DNA from: an uncultured Gammaproteobacteria bacterium
Lineage (GTDB): Bacteria; Patescibacteriota; Microgenomatia; Levybacterales; JACOYD01
Reading direction: 5' to 3'
DNA: 55,413 nt
Assembly: GCA_964445095.1 (NCBI GenBank)
Contig: CAYUJR010000001.1
Span: 48,283 to 103,695, forward strand
A program made the position numbers and the translations under genes. Every line of letters begins with the position of its first letter. The stretch's first letter is position 1. The notes under the pieces are model-generated. The model saw only the letters and a program-made list of their open reading frames with translations. It did no database searches and was not told the origin of the DNA. This document shows, in pieces, positions 1 through 8,459 of this stretch.

Positions 1-342
1 GGGAGGAGTAAAGTTAAAAAGATTTTTCTTTCGTTTTTGCCACAGCGGATTTTTTTTGAGCTCTTTTCTTTTAATCTCTTCCCACTCTCCGTAGCAAACC
101 TCCCGAATTCTTTCTTCTATTAATGGTCTTATCTTTAAAGAACGTCCGACAATCTTGGCAGTAGTTAAAGAACGGGTCAAAGGACTGGTATATATTTGGA
201 CAATATTATTTTCCCGACAAAATAAAGCTAGCCTTTTGGCCTGCCTTAAACCAAGCGCTGTTAAAGCCGAATCAACACAACCCTCAAGCCTATCCTCTTT
301 ACCAAAAACTGTCTGGCCGTGACGTGCAAAAATAATCCGCAT
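1..342 (-). CDS. Histidine phosphatase (phosphoglycerate-mutase-like) family protein, C-terminus runs off the window
   Basis: Absent from the ORF track because there is no in-window stop. The reverse complement from ATG 342-340 reads MRIIFARHGQTVFGKEDRLEGCVDSALTALGLRQAKRLA..IYTSPLTRSLTTAKIV..EVCYGEWEE with no stop to position 1. It has the RHGQT catalytic motif and the SPL-R-TA motif of His_Phos_1. Confidence 0.8.
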   Translation of the reverse strand, partial: MRIIFARHGQTVFGKEDRLEGCVDSALTALGLRQAKRLALFCRENNIVQIYTSPLTRSLTTAKIVGRSLKIRPLIEERIREVCYGEWEEIKRKELKKNPLWQKRKKNLFNFTPP

Positions 343-344
343 AT

Positions 345-1205
345 TTATTTTTTATAGAAGCAGTAAAAATCTTGGGTCGGATAATATTGTTGTCTAGTTT
401 GTGGTTTTAGCCTGCCATCTTGATAGGCGTACATTTTATATCCCATTTTCTCCAGAGAATCATAGAGCTCGGTAGGATGAAAGCCAAAAGCCCGGGCAGT
501 TTCACTGGAAAATTCCACAATCAAGATTGGCTTATACTCTGCTAAAATTTCTTTGGAACTAAATAGGATATCTTTTTCTCCTCCCTCCGTATCAATTTTT
601 ATAATATCTATCTTGTTAATGCTATTTTCTCGACAATAATCCGCCAGCCTAACCATCTGGCTTTTAGTTAGTCTAGATTTATCTTGATAAGAGGTTTTCC
701 GGAGACTGCTAACGTCGGAGCTTTCGTCTACATAGAATTTAACTACTTCGGATTTCGCTCCTAGACAAAGATTATTTAGCTTAATATTTTTTATCTTGTT
801 TAATTGAATAGTTTTTTTAAAATTTTTATAGGTTTTTTGGACTGGTTCGAATGCATGAATGAAGCCATTTTTAGCAATTGCTGATGCCAGTAGGGAAAAG
901 TAGCCGCTATTTGCTCCGATATCAAAAAAGATGCTATCTTTAGTTAAATTCTTACTTAAAAACTTATAAAGATTTATTTCTACATTTTCTCCGAAAAGCC
1001 CGCTTAAAAAAATACTTCTATCCATATGTGAATTTAGGTCAAGAACCATTTGATAATCTTTGAGTGTTGATGGTTTATAGATAATGACATTTAGGCCGAT
1101 CAATTTATAAAAAATGTATAAAATCGGCCGGTATAAATTCAAGGGGTTTTTCAGAATGGCTTTGACAAAAGAGAAAGCAAATATTAAAAAATGCTGATAG
1201 CTCAT
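345..1205 (-). CDS. FkbM-family SAM-dependent methyltransferase
   Basis: Track ORF 345..1241. Contains FDIGANSGYFS (glycine-rich SAM site) and IKIDTEGGEKDIL, typical of the FkbM/Methyltransf_21 family. Start set to ATG 1205 (MSYQHF..) because a TTGCCT-17-TACAAT promoter lies inside the 1206-1241 extension. The stop is 2 nt from the next ATG. Confidence 0.8.
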   Translation of the reverse strand: MSYQHFLIFAFSFVKAILKNPLNLYRPILYIFYKLIGLNVIIYKPSTLKDYQMVLDLNSHMDRSIFLSGLFGENVEINLYKFLSKNLTKDSIFFDIGANSGYFSLLASAIAKNGFIHAFEPVQKTYKNFKKTIQLNKIKNIKLNNLCLGAKSEVVKFYVDESSDVSSLRKTSYQDKSRLTKSQMVRLADYCRENSINKIDIIKIDTEGGEKDILFSSKEILAEYKPILIVEFSSETARAFGFHPTELYDSLEKMGYKMYAYQDGRLKPQTRQQYYPTQDFYCFYKK

Positions 1206-1212
1206 AGTCAGC

Positions 1213-1241
1213 ATTGTACTATGAAAACAGAGAACAGGCAA
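1213..1241 (-). promoter_or_regulatory. Sigma70-type promoter, leaderless geometry (FkbM gene)
   Basis: Minus strand: TTGCCT (1241-1236), 17-nt spacer, TACAAT (1218-1213), then 7 nt to ATG 1205. Confidence 0.55.
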
Positions 1242-1269
1242 TTGACATTACTAACAACTAATCTATAAT
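1242..1269 (+). promoter_or_regulatory. Sigma70-type promoter, leaderless geometry (GDPD-like gene)
   Basis: TTGACA 1242-1247, 16-nt spacer, TATAAT 1264-1269, then 11 nt to ATG 1281. Confidence 0.7.
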
Positions 1270-1280
1270 TTAGCTGGGGT

Positions 1281-2177
1281 ATGCTACATCTTAGAAGACA
1301 ACAGATTTTTACCCATCGAGGGCTGGAGCCGACCAAGTCTGACTTTTTCCCTGAAAGCAGCTACGAAGCATTTGCCGACCATTTAAAAAGGGGGTTTGGC
1401 ATTGAATTCGATCCAAATTTTGCCCGTGACGGCATAGTTGTTTGTCATGACTCCTCGCTCAAACGATTGAGCGGAGGAGAGGACACCAGAGACTTCCGCG
1501 AGATGACTCTAGCGGAAATTGCCCAAATTCGCTATTGGAATATTAACCATACCGCACAAGGAAGAATCCCTACTCTTGACCAGGTGTTAGCCCTTATTCG
1601 ACAAAGCACATCCCAAATTAACGCCCTGCACTATAAAGGAAAATATCAAGACGAGGAAGATCTACAAAGACTAGTTACCGCACTCGGACAAAATACTGAC
1701 ATACTGCCGCGATTACTAATTTTTGATGTTAAGCCGGAGACTGCCCTAAAGTTACTAAGAGTTTTTCCGGAAATACAACTGGCTCCTTCCGTAGCCCATC
1801 CCTATGATGTCGAGCGTTATAATAGTTCAATTGCTAACACCCTACTCGCGGTTGATGACGCGGAAGAATTATTAACAAAAGGAGCATATGGAAAGCATCC
1901 CTGGGTGTGGCTTGATGAATGGGATTTAACCGCTAAAGATGGCGGGCAAAAAAAACTTTATACCAGAGAGGTGTTTACCAGAATGAGGAGTGCCGGTGCC
2001 AAAATTTCCCTGGTGACGCCGGAACTACATGGAACATCTCCCGGACTATATGGAGGAGAATCTCATCCTGATGCCCAAACTCAAGAAAAATTGTTTGCCA
2101 GAATTAGGGAAATTATTTCTTTAGAGCCTGACGCCATTTGCACCGACTACCCCGAACAATTTACCAAACCAATTTGA
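1281..2177 (+). CDS. Glycerophosphodiester phosphodiesterase (GDPD)-like protein
   Basis: FTHRG near the N-terminus, then ESSYEAFADHLKRGFGIEFD..DGIVVCHD (the HR / E-x-D / HD pattern of GDPD domains) and C-terminal ICTDYPE. Confidence 0.75.
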   Translation: MLHLRRQQIFTHRGLEPTKSDFFPESSYEAFADHLKRGFGIEFDPNFARDGIVVCHDSSLKRLSGGEDTRDFREMTLAEIAQIRYWNINHTAQGRIPTLDQVLALIRQSTSQINALHYKGKYQDEEDLQRLVTALGQNTDILPRLLIFDVKPETALKLLRVFPEIQLAPSVAHPYDVERYNSSIANTLLAVDDAEELLTKGAYGKHPWVWLDEWDLTAKDGGQKKLYTREVFTRMRSAGAKISLVTPELHGTSPGLYGGESHPDAQTQEKLFARIREIISLEPDAICTDYPEQFTKPI

Positions 2178-2190
2178 ACTTCTTTCTTTT

Positions 2191-3111
2191 TTATAGAAAA
2201 ACACAGAATGTACTTCGCAGCGACTGAAGTTCGTCTAGCACTCGCCTGTGCTCTTCTTCTCCAGACTTTTCCGTTTTACCTCTCAAAAACTCATCTGGGT
2301 CAGAACTTATGCCTGCCCTTATTAACCCGTCCCAACCAACCTCTTCCGCATATTCAATGGTTTTTAGATAATATGTCTTTTCTTCATTGCTATCACTAAA
2401 TGGAAAACTTTTAATCGTAGAGATTGCTGTTTCTAAAGAAACTCCCAATCTCATTTTAATAAGATGAGCAGATATATAAAGCCTATAAATATCAGCATAA
2501 AATTCGTCAAGGAAAGTACCATAATATTTACCAAGGGTAGGGAACATAAAAAGTCTCTTGCCTTCTAAAGTAATAAATCTATTGTTCCCTTGTCTTCGTA
2601 ATCTTAGTTGAGATCGGTCTACGCCATATCCACTTTCTTCTACCACCCGTAACTGCCCTTGTAAATCCTCTACTTCCGGGGCCGAAAGTGTTTCTTCAAT
2701 TTTTCTTGATGCAAGGTGACCGACCTCATGCGCCAAGACCCAAAAAATTACTCCCGGACTAGTGCTTTCAAACCCGGGTAACTTCCTAATAACTACGTGA
2801 GGTTCTTGAAACCCGTCGAAATCCACTCTAGCACGCACTGTTTGGATTTGCTGGGCAAGAGTATTTTCTATATTTGGATCAATTCTCTTTAATTCTTCCC
2901 ATGTAAAAGGGTGCTTATCCCCTTTTAAGAAAGTGACAAATGCTTCATCAAACACTTCTGGCGTTTGTACTTGTATCGCGCTCGCCCAGTTTTCCGGAGG
3001 GACGAATTCACGGGGAAAAGACGACTGATCAAAAACCATTTGAAGCGTAGAAATAGCTACGCGTAAATTACCATCGGGACCAGGCAAGTATTCATGACCT
3101 CTACTCATCAT
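2191..3111 (-). CDS. Hypothetical protein with HExxH zinc-metallopeptidase-type motif
   Basis: Single VLAHEVGHL motif and no signal peptide or TM segment; the rest is unrecognised. Start moved from TTG 3117 to ATG 3111, which lies 8 nt downstream of an extended -10 box. Confidence 0.5.
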   Translation of the reverse strand: MMSRGHEYLPGPDGNLRVAISTLQMVFDQSSFPREFVPPENWASAIQVQTPEVFDEAFVTFLKGDKHPFTWEELKRIDPNIENTLAQQIQTVRARVDFDGFQEPHVVIRKLPGFESTSPGVIFWVLAHEVGHLASRKIEETLSAPEVEDLQGQLRVVEESGYGVDRSQLRLRRQGNNRFITLEGKRLFMFPTLGKYYGTFLDEFYADIYRLYISAHLIKMRLGVSLETAISTIKSFPFSDSNEEKTYYLKTIEYAEEVGWDGLIRAGISSDPDEFLRGKTEKSGEEEHRRVLDELQSLRSTFCVFL

Positions 3112-3119
3112 AGCCAAGC

Positions 3120-3128
3120 ATTATACCA
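3120..3128 (-). promoter_or_regulatory. Extended -10 promoter element (HExxH gene)
   Basis: Minus strand reads TGgTATAAT, then 8 nt to ATG 3111. No convincing -35. Confidence 0.55.
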
Positions 3129-3156
3129 CATAACAAAAGACAACCTATAGGCTCTA

Positions 3157-3185
3157 TTGACAATTTTCTCTACTTGGCCTATAAT
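3157..3185 (+). promoter_or_regulatory. Consensus sigma70-type promoter, leaderless geometry (IMPase-like gene)
   Basis: TTGACA 3157-3162, 17-nt spacer, TATAAT 3180-3185, then 9 nt to ATG 3195. Confidence 0.75.
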
Positions 3186-3194
3186 TCGTCGGTT

Positions 3195-4211
3195 ATGAGA
3201 GAATACCGTCTAGGTGAAATGCGACCAGAGTGGGAACCGGATTTTATCCGTGCACTTATTTCTACAGAAGGACTAAACAGTCGAGAAACTGCTGTTGCTT
3301 TATACGCCGGTCTTCAAGGTGCCAGAATAGCCCTATCTTATTGGGGAAAAAGCCCTGAAGAACTGCAGACCACCTATAAACTTGCAGATGGATATACCCC
3401 TGTAACTCAAGCAGATAGAGAATCCGAGGAAGCAATGGCAAAAGCTTTCGGTACTTATTTTCCGGATTATTCAATCTATGGTGAGGACACGGAGCGTAAA
3501 ACGGGAATAGATCCCGAGAATACAGTGGTTATGGATGGGGTAGATGGAAGTTTAACTTTTGCCAGAGGTGATTATACCTGGGCTGTAGCCCTCGCTATTT
3601 GTCGTCAAGACCCAATCACGCTTGAAAAATTTCCCATATCATCGGTTATTGTTCTGCCTGCTTTAGGAATAGCTGTGGTTGCACAAAAAAACAAAGGAAC
3701 AGTTAGCTTAAGACTAGGCCTAAGAAGGCCAGGAGATCCAAGAACACTAGAAATAATAGGTGGAGATAGAAAATGCCATGTTAGCAAACTCCACCAGGAT
3801 CCAAATAGGGCATTTATGCATGATTTGATAATCAGTCCCGACGGTATCTTTATCGAAAAATCTAACGGTCCAGAAAAGGACGATTTTCTTACCACACTAA
3901 GGAGGTCTGCAGGAAAAATAAATATTCGAGCTGGGGGAAGCAATTCCCATTCTGGAGCATTAGTGGCAATGGGGACGGCTGACGCGACTATTATGGATTG
4001 TATCGGAGGTGTCTTTGATGCCTTACCGTCTGCTCTCGCCGTGGAAGAAGCTGGAGGAAATTATACAGATAAAGATGGCAATAGACTAAGTATAGAAAGA
4101 GCAGAAAAAGTTCATCTTACTATTGGTTCAAACGGGGCCTTTCACGATGAACTACTGGCCATAGCTAGAACAAGTTATCCCAATTATTTAGGTTGGAGAA
4201 CAGAACGATAA
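3195..4211 (+). CDS. Inositol monophosphatase / FBPase-fold (IMPase family) phosphatase-like protein
   Basis: VMDGVDGSLTFARG resembles the DPxDGT metal-binding motif. GGVFDALPSALAVEEAGGNYTDKDG resembles the WDxAAG..EAGG C-terminal motif. Start set to ATG 3195 because the consensus promoter at 3157-3185 covers the track start TTG 3174. Confidence 0.65.
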   Translation: MREYRLGEMRPEWEPDFIRALISTEGLNSRETAVALYAGLQGARIALSYWGKSPEELQTTYKLADGYTPVTQADRESEEAMAKAFGTYFPDYSIYGEDTERKTGIDPENTVVMDGVDGSLTFARGDYTWAVALAICRQDPITLEKFPISSVIVLPALGIAVVAQKNKGTVSLRLGLRRPGDPRTLEIIGGDRKCHVSKLHQDPNRAFMHDLIISPDGIFIEKSNGPEKDDFLTTLRRSAGKINIRAGGSNSHSGALVAMGTADATIMDCIGGVFDALPSALAVEEAGGNYTDKDGNRLSIERAEKVHLTIGSNGAFHDELLAIARTSYPNYLGWRTER

Positions 4212-4216
4212 CTAAC

Positions 4217-5023
4217 TTAGCTTGGGTAATTCCTTTCGAAATATTCTACGTCTTTGGGGGTGCCAAGACCCCAGACTTGAGGAATAATGGCTGCCTTTAC
4301 CTTTATCCCTTTATTAATCAGTCTTTGATACATCGGCGCCACATAAAATTCCTGCTTACCCGCAGCTCCGTACATATCATTTTGAGCTATCATTTCTTCT
4401 GCTTCTTTAACAAACACATTTCCGTGCGTAAAATAATATCCGCCAATATTGGCATAAGCTCCTTTAGCAGCCAGCTCCGGATCTTTTTCTCCCACGGCTA
4501 TTGCAGTTTTATTCTTGTCAAACAGCGTATAGCTCCATTTTACTTCTTCGTCAGGTGGTGGAAATACCGGAATTATTCCTTCTATATCTGACTCTTTTTC
4601 TTGGATAGCTTGATATAAATTTGTGCCATCAAAGTAGTGATCGGAATCAGAAACAATAATATCCTCGTTACTGTTAATATATTCTTTGGCCTGGAGCGTT
4701 GTCTCAACAGCTCCTCGAGTCACTTCCGGAATAAGAATAATGTGAATGCCAGGACCAAACAATTGCTTCAATAAGTCAACAATTTTGTATTCCTCCTGTT
4801 GCTCTTGTAGAGAGATAAAAATTAGATCTCGGGGAGATACTTTTAATTCGGTCTTGGCTGGTCTTTGAGGTAGATCAAGAAATGGTAAAGATTCCATTGC
4901 CCAGATGATCATGGGTTTTCCTTTTACTAAAATTAGAGGTTTGGGTTTTTTATATTCCGGGTTTTGATCGGCTACTGCCTGGAATCTCGAACCTCTTCCG
5001 GCCATTGGTACGATAATTTTCAT
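4217..5023 (-). CDS. Sugar/polyol-phosphate nucleotidyltransferase (NTP_transferase fold), paralog A
   Basis: MKIIVPMAGRGSRF..KPKPLILVKGKPMIIWAMES N-terminal nucleotide-binding signature. Clear paralog of 5020..5736, with a shared C-terminal GTPxDVxYFE. ATGA overlap with the upstream gene. Confidence 0.75.
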   Translation of the reverse strand: MKIIVPMAGRGSRFQAVADQNPEYKKPKPLILVKGKPMIIWAMESLPFLDLPQRPAKTELKVSPRDLIFISLQEQQEEYKIVDLLKQLFGPGIHIILIPEVTRGAVETTLQAKEYINSNEDIIVSDSDHYFDGTNLYQAIQEKESDIEGIIPVFPPPDEEVKWSYTLFDKNKTAIAVGEKDPELAAKGAYANIGGYYFTHGNVFVKEAEEMIAQNDMYGAAGKQEFYVAPMYQRLINKGIKVKAAIIPQVWGLGTPKDVEYFERNYPS

Positions 5024-5736
5024 ACTTTATAATATTTTTCAAAATAAGCTACGTCTTCGGGAGTGCCCATACTCCACATAAAATCTGTCTCCACCGCCTT
5101 AATTTTCTCTCCCCTGCCAATAAGCTCATTATACACCGGACAAACATAAAACTCATTATTGCGGCGAATGTCTTTTCTAATCATCTCCTCGGCCGCCCAA
5201 ACAAAATCCTTCCCCTTTTTAAAATAATAAAGGCCGACTGTGGCGTGATTTGAAATGGGAACTTTCTCTGCTACTTCTGTAACCATTCCTTTTTCATTGA
5301 CTTTGGCAAAACTCCAGCGAGGATGGGTAGCTTCAAATACCGGGATTAGTCCGACATATTTTTTTCTCTTCAACTCTTTCTCAAAATCTTTAGCGCCAAA
5401 ATAGTGATCGGTATTAGAGATTATTAACTCCTCGTCATTGTTAATATAATCCTTGGCCAGTAGGGCAGATATTGCCGCACCCTGGGTCACTCCATCAGTC
5501 AACAAAACGTTAATCTTTTTGCCAAAAAGCTTCTTCAAATTCCCCACTATGGCATGTTTTTCTTCATGATCTCTTAGGCAAATAAAAATAATTCGGGAAT
5601 TTTTAATAAATGAGAGCGAATCTACTGCCCAGGCAATCATTGGCTTGTCTCTCACGACAATAAGCGGCTTTGGAGCAGTAAATCCTGCCTCCTTAAATCT
5701 CGATGCTCGTCCAGCAGAAAGAAATAAAATGTTCAT
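5020..5736 (-). CDS. Sugar/polyol-phosphate nucleotidyltransferase (NTP_transferase fold), paralog B
   Basis: MNILFLSAGRASRF..APKPLIVVRDKPMIAWAVDS, and C-terminal GTPEDVAYFEKYY. ATGA overlaps on both sides. Confidence 0.75.
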   Translation of the reverse strand: MNILFLSAGRASRFKEAGFTAPKPLIVVRDKPMIAWAVDSLSFIKNSRIIFICLRDHEEKHAIVGNLKKLFGKKINVLLTDGVTQGAAISALLAKDYINNDEELIISNTDHYFGAKDFEKELKRKKYVGLIPVFEATHPRWSFAKVNEKGMVTEVAEKVPISNHATVGLYYFKKGKDFVWAAEEMIRKDIRRNNEFYVCPVYNELIGRGEKIKAVETDFMWSMGTPEDVAYFEKYYKV

Positions 5737-7280
5737 AAGTTTTCCAGCGCTCTTTTTTTATAATGCATTATTTCCCTATCCACTTCTTTTTTTAATTTGA
5801 AAATATCTTTATTGGCATTATATAACTCTTTATAAATAATGAAAAGACTGGCATAACAATTATGATGGTGCATATTGGGAATGTAACTGATTCTTATCTT
5901 AATCATCCCGCTGGCTTCCTTCACGCTTTTAATTACTTTTCTGGCTTTTAAGGTAAAAATAAATGCCCCAAAAGCTGTTGTTTCTACTTCCGCAAGCACA
6001 TTGACCGGTAGGCCTAAGAAATCTGCTCTAAGTTTGGCGGCAAAAGGAATTTTAGCTACTCCTCCGGAGAAATTAATAGAAGATATTTTAAAGCCGTTTT
6101 TCTCAAATTCTTCTAACATCATCTTGGCCTGAAAACCCATTGCCTCAAAAATACTTCTAGCAAAATCCTTTCTGCTATGAAAACGCTCTACTCCAAAAAA
6201 CATGCCTCGGACGTCTGAATCAAAGAAGGGTACTCGCTCCCCTAACAAATGAGGTAAAAACATCAGACCATTTGCTCCTAACTCACTTTCTTGGGCTTCT
6301 TTTTCCATTAGGCTATAAAGAAAAATTTCGTCTTTAAGAAAATCACTGTAAAAAGATTCTTTAAACCATTCTAATGCTCCACCCTCTAAATTATTAGAGC
6401 CACCAATAATAGACAATTTTTCACCCGGGAAGTTTTGCGTAATCAGCTTGTTGGAGAGGGAAAGAGTATTAGTTTTTGAAAATAGTCTGTAAGAAGAACA
6501 TGTTCCGCAAACATTATTTAACTCACCCTCTTCATAAGTACTGCTGCCTACCAGCGCACAAATAGCATCATACGTACTAAGGATCACTTTGACCGAATGA
6601 GAAATCCCTAATTGCTTTTTTAACTTATCTTCCATTTCTCCCAACACCGTGCCCGGTCTAGCAACTCCAGGGAGATTATTTGCCGATATACCGATGAATC
6701 TTAAAATTTGCTGAGGATAATTTTTTTTGCCAGGTTCAAAATAAAACTTCTCCGCGTTTAAATTATCTGTCACAAACTTATTGGTGAGTTTATATATCAA
6801 AAAGTCATTGGCAGAGAGGAACTTTTTGGCTTTGTGAAAAACTTTTTGTTTATGTTTTTTAAACCAAAATACTTTAGGTAACATATAGCTAGGGTCTATC
6901 TTGAAAGATTTATATCTTTGGAAAAAATCTGAAAATCTCCCTGCTAATAATTTACTTTCTTGCTCGGCCCTTTTATCGGAAACCATGTATGATTTATCCA
7001 ACACGTTTCCGTCTTTATCAAAAATAACTAAACAAAGGGCTGAAGAAGTCACGGTGATGTAACGGACGCGGGTGGAAAGTTTTTTATTATTGAATACTTT
7101 TTTGAGCAGTTCCTGCAACAATTCCCACCATTCATTAGGATCTTGCTCTATGGTTAAATTATTAATATAAGTTCTAACCGGCAACCAATCCTCATAAACC
7201 TTCTCTCCGCTATCATTAAAAATAATGAGGCGGATGCTTCTTAGGCTAAGATTAACTACCAGAGTCAATATTGATAACAT
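5733..7280 (-). CDS. FGGY-family carbohydrate/polyol kinase (divergent N-terminal ATP motif)
   Basis: 515 aa. EQDPNEWWE after the first beta-hairpin is typical of xylulo/glycerol-kinase relatives. STYDAICALVGS holds the catalytic Asp region, and there is a C-terminal FGGY_C-like GGVAK segment. The N-terminal DxGT motif reads VVNLSLRSIR. Confidence 0.7.
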   Translation of the reverse strand: MLSILTLVVNLSLRSIRLIIFNDSGEKVYEDWLPVRTYINNLTIEQDPNEWWELLQELLKKVFNNKKLSTRVRYITVTSSALCLVIFDKDGNVLDKSYMVSDKRAEQESKLLAGRFSDFFQRYKSFKIDPSYMLPKVFWFKKHKQKVFHKAKKFLSANDFLIYKLTNKFVTDNLNAEKFYFEPGKKNYPQQILRFIGISANNLPGVARPGTVLGEMEDKLKKQLGISHSVKVILSTYDAICALVGSSTYEEGELNNVCGTCSSYRLFSKTNTLSLSNKLITQNFPGEKLSIIGGSNNLEGGALEWFKESFYSDFLKDEIFLYSLMEKEAQESELGANGLMFLPHLLGERVPFFDSDVRGMFFGVERFHSRKDFARSIFEAMGFQAKMMLEEFEKNGFKISSINFSGGVAKIPFAAKLRADFLGLPVNVLAEVETTAFGAFIFTLKARKVIKSVKEASGMIKIRISYIPNMHHHNCYASLFIIYKELYNANKDIFKLKKEVDREIMHYKKRALENL

Positions 7281-7283
7281 AAT

Positions 7284-8459
7284 TTAATGGCGGGTAAGAA
7301 AATTATATATCTTCGTTTTGGTGATCATTGGGAATATCAAACGTAAAATTTTGGCAGTTATTGGTAATCGCGAGCTATAATAATTGGCTAGACGAATTAT
7401 TCTCCGCGCTGGAACATCGCTTAAATTATACCAGAGCTGCCTCTTTCTATTAGAGAACTGACGTCTAGGAAGTCTACCAAACCTCCAGGAAAGAGAAAGA
7501 CAGGAGGAAAATAGATTAAATCTGGGAAGAAAGCCATATTCGGTCAAATGATGGCTGTATTCTATGTCTTCACCTTGCCCCCAGTATAATGTCTCATTCC
7601 AAGGAACTTTTTCCCAAATATATTTTTTGATGATGGTTAGCATCCCCCCAATGTAAACAAATTTATTCCAATCACGATAATCCAACTCATCAATTTTATA
7701 GACTACGTTTGCCGTCTTAAACGACTCATTAATGCTAACCCAATCTCCAGTTCTTGTCCCATCTGCCAGCTTTTGCACACAAGTCAAAACCTCGAAATTG
7801 TTACCATATTTTTTCATTCCCCTATACCAATCTTTATTAAAAACAATTCTGTCATGGAATATGCAAAGATTGACATATCTAGCATTCTCTGCAATGATAT
7901 TCTTTTTTCTGGTAATCCATCCCCTATCATCTCTCTCGATGAACTTGATATATCTAATATCTTTTGCCTTTTTCCCATTATAGAATCCACAAACTATTAT
8001 CTCGTAATGGGGAATTTTAAGATCTCTGATTGATTGGATTGCCTTTTCTATAAAATCGCGCCGCACGCCATTAGTTACCATACCAAATGTCCAATAATCT
8101 ATTCCCTGCTCAGGTCTTACCAAACTGACTGCTTTTCGAATAATAAGCTTATAACTGTTTCGCTTAAGATCGTGCTCGATGATTTTATACTGTCTTTTAA
8201 ATAACCACCATAAAGTCTGCTCTAGATACCCACTACTTAAATCAACAGTTTTGGGAGAATAAAGAATGTTTAATTCTCCGTTTTCTTTCAGGAGAGAAAA
8301 AAATTCCTTCAATAGAATTGGTAGAAATTTACTATTGCCCCTATTTAAGCAGTGCTGCAGGTTGATAACATCGAAACTCTCCAGCCGGAACTGGGTGGTG
8401 GGATGATAAAGATTATTAATTTTTTTTCCATCGGATTTCTTTAACGTTAATACTTTCAT
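7284..8459 (-). CDS. Putative GT-A-fold glycosyltransferase with extra N-terminal domain
   Basis: C-terminal half has YEIIVCG.., CIFHDRIVF (in the DxD position) and GQGEDIEYSHHL (GT2-like ED motif). The N-terminal ~120 aa are unrecognised. Confidence 0.5.
   Translation of the reverse strand: MKVLTLKKSDGKKINNLYHPTTQFRLESFDVINLQHCLNRGNSKFLPILLKEFFSLLKENGELNILYSPKTVDLSSGYLEQTLWWLFKRQYKIIEHDLKRNSYKLIIRKAVSLVRPEQGIDYWTFGMVTNGVRRDFIEKAIQSIRDLKIPHYEIIVCGFYNGKKAKDIRYIKFIERDDRGWITRKKNIIAENARYVNLCIFHDRIVFNKDWYRGMKKYGNNFEVLTCVQKLADGTRTGDWVSINESFKTANVVYKIDELDYRDWNKFVYIGGMLTIIKKYIWEKVPWNETLYWGQGEDIEYSHHLTEYGFLPRFNLFSSCLSLSWRFGRLPRRQFSNRKRQLWYNLSDVPARRIIRLANYYSSRLPITAKILRLIFPMITKTKIYNFLTRH

Noticed and set aside
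2178-2190. Rho-independent terminators at the convergent junctions 2178-2190, 4212-4216 and 43171-43187.
   Set aside because: The gaps are 13 nt, 5 nt and a 17-nt overlap. No GC-rich hairpin followed by a T-run could be drawn, so no terminator is called.
3174-3194. Track start codons that extend ORFs upstream: TTG 3174, TTG 3117, ATG 1241, ATG 50502, ATG 52766, ATG 21078 and ATG 32094.
   Set aside because: The extensions run through consensus promoter elements or create long overlaps with the upstream gene. In-frame downstream ATGs restore ATGA coupling, a signal peptide or a typical family N-terminus.
1281-4211. Apparent higher G+C in the left 4 kb than in the glycosylation cluster. Spot counts were 33/60 at 1321-1380 and 26/60 at 2041-2100, against 15/60 at 19681-19740 and 20/60 at 40021-40080. 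This could suggest a horizontally acquired island.
   Set aside because: These are only a few hand-counted lines. The cluster genes encode Phe/Ile/Leu/Lys/Asn-rich membrane proteins, which by itself lowers G+C. A sliding-window GC and codon-usage calculation is needed before any claim.
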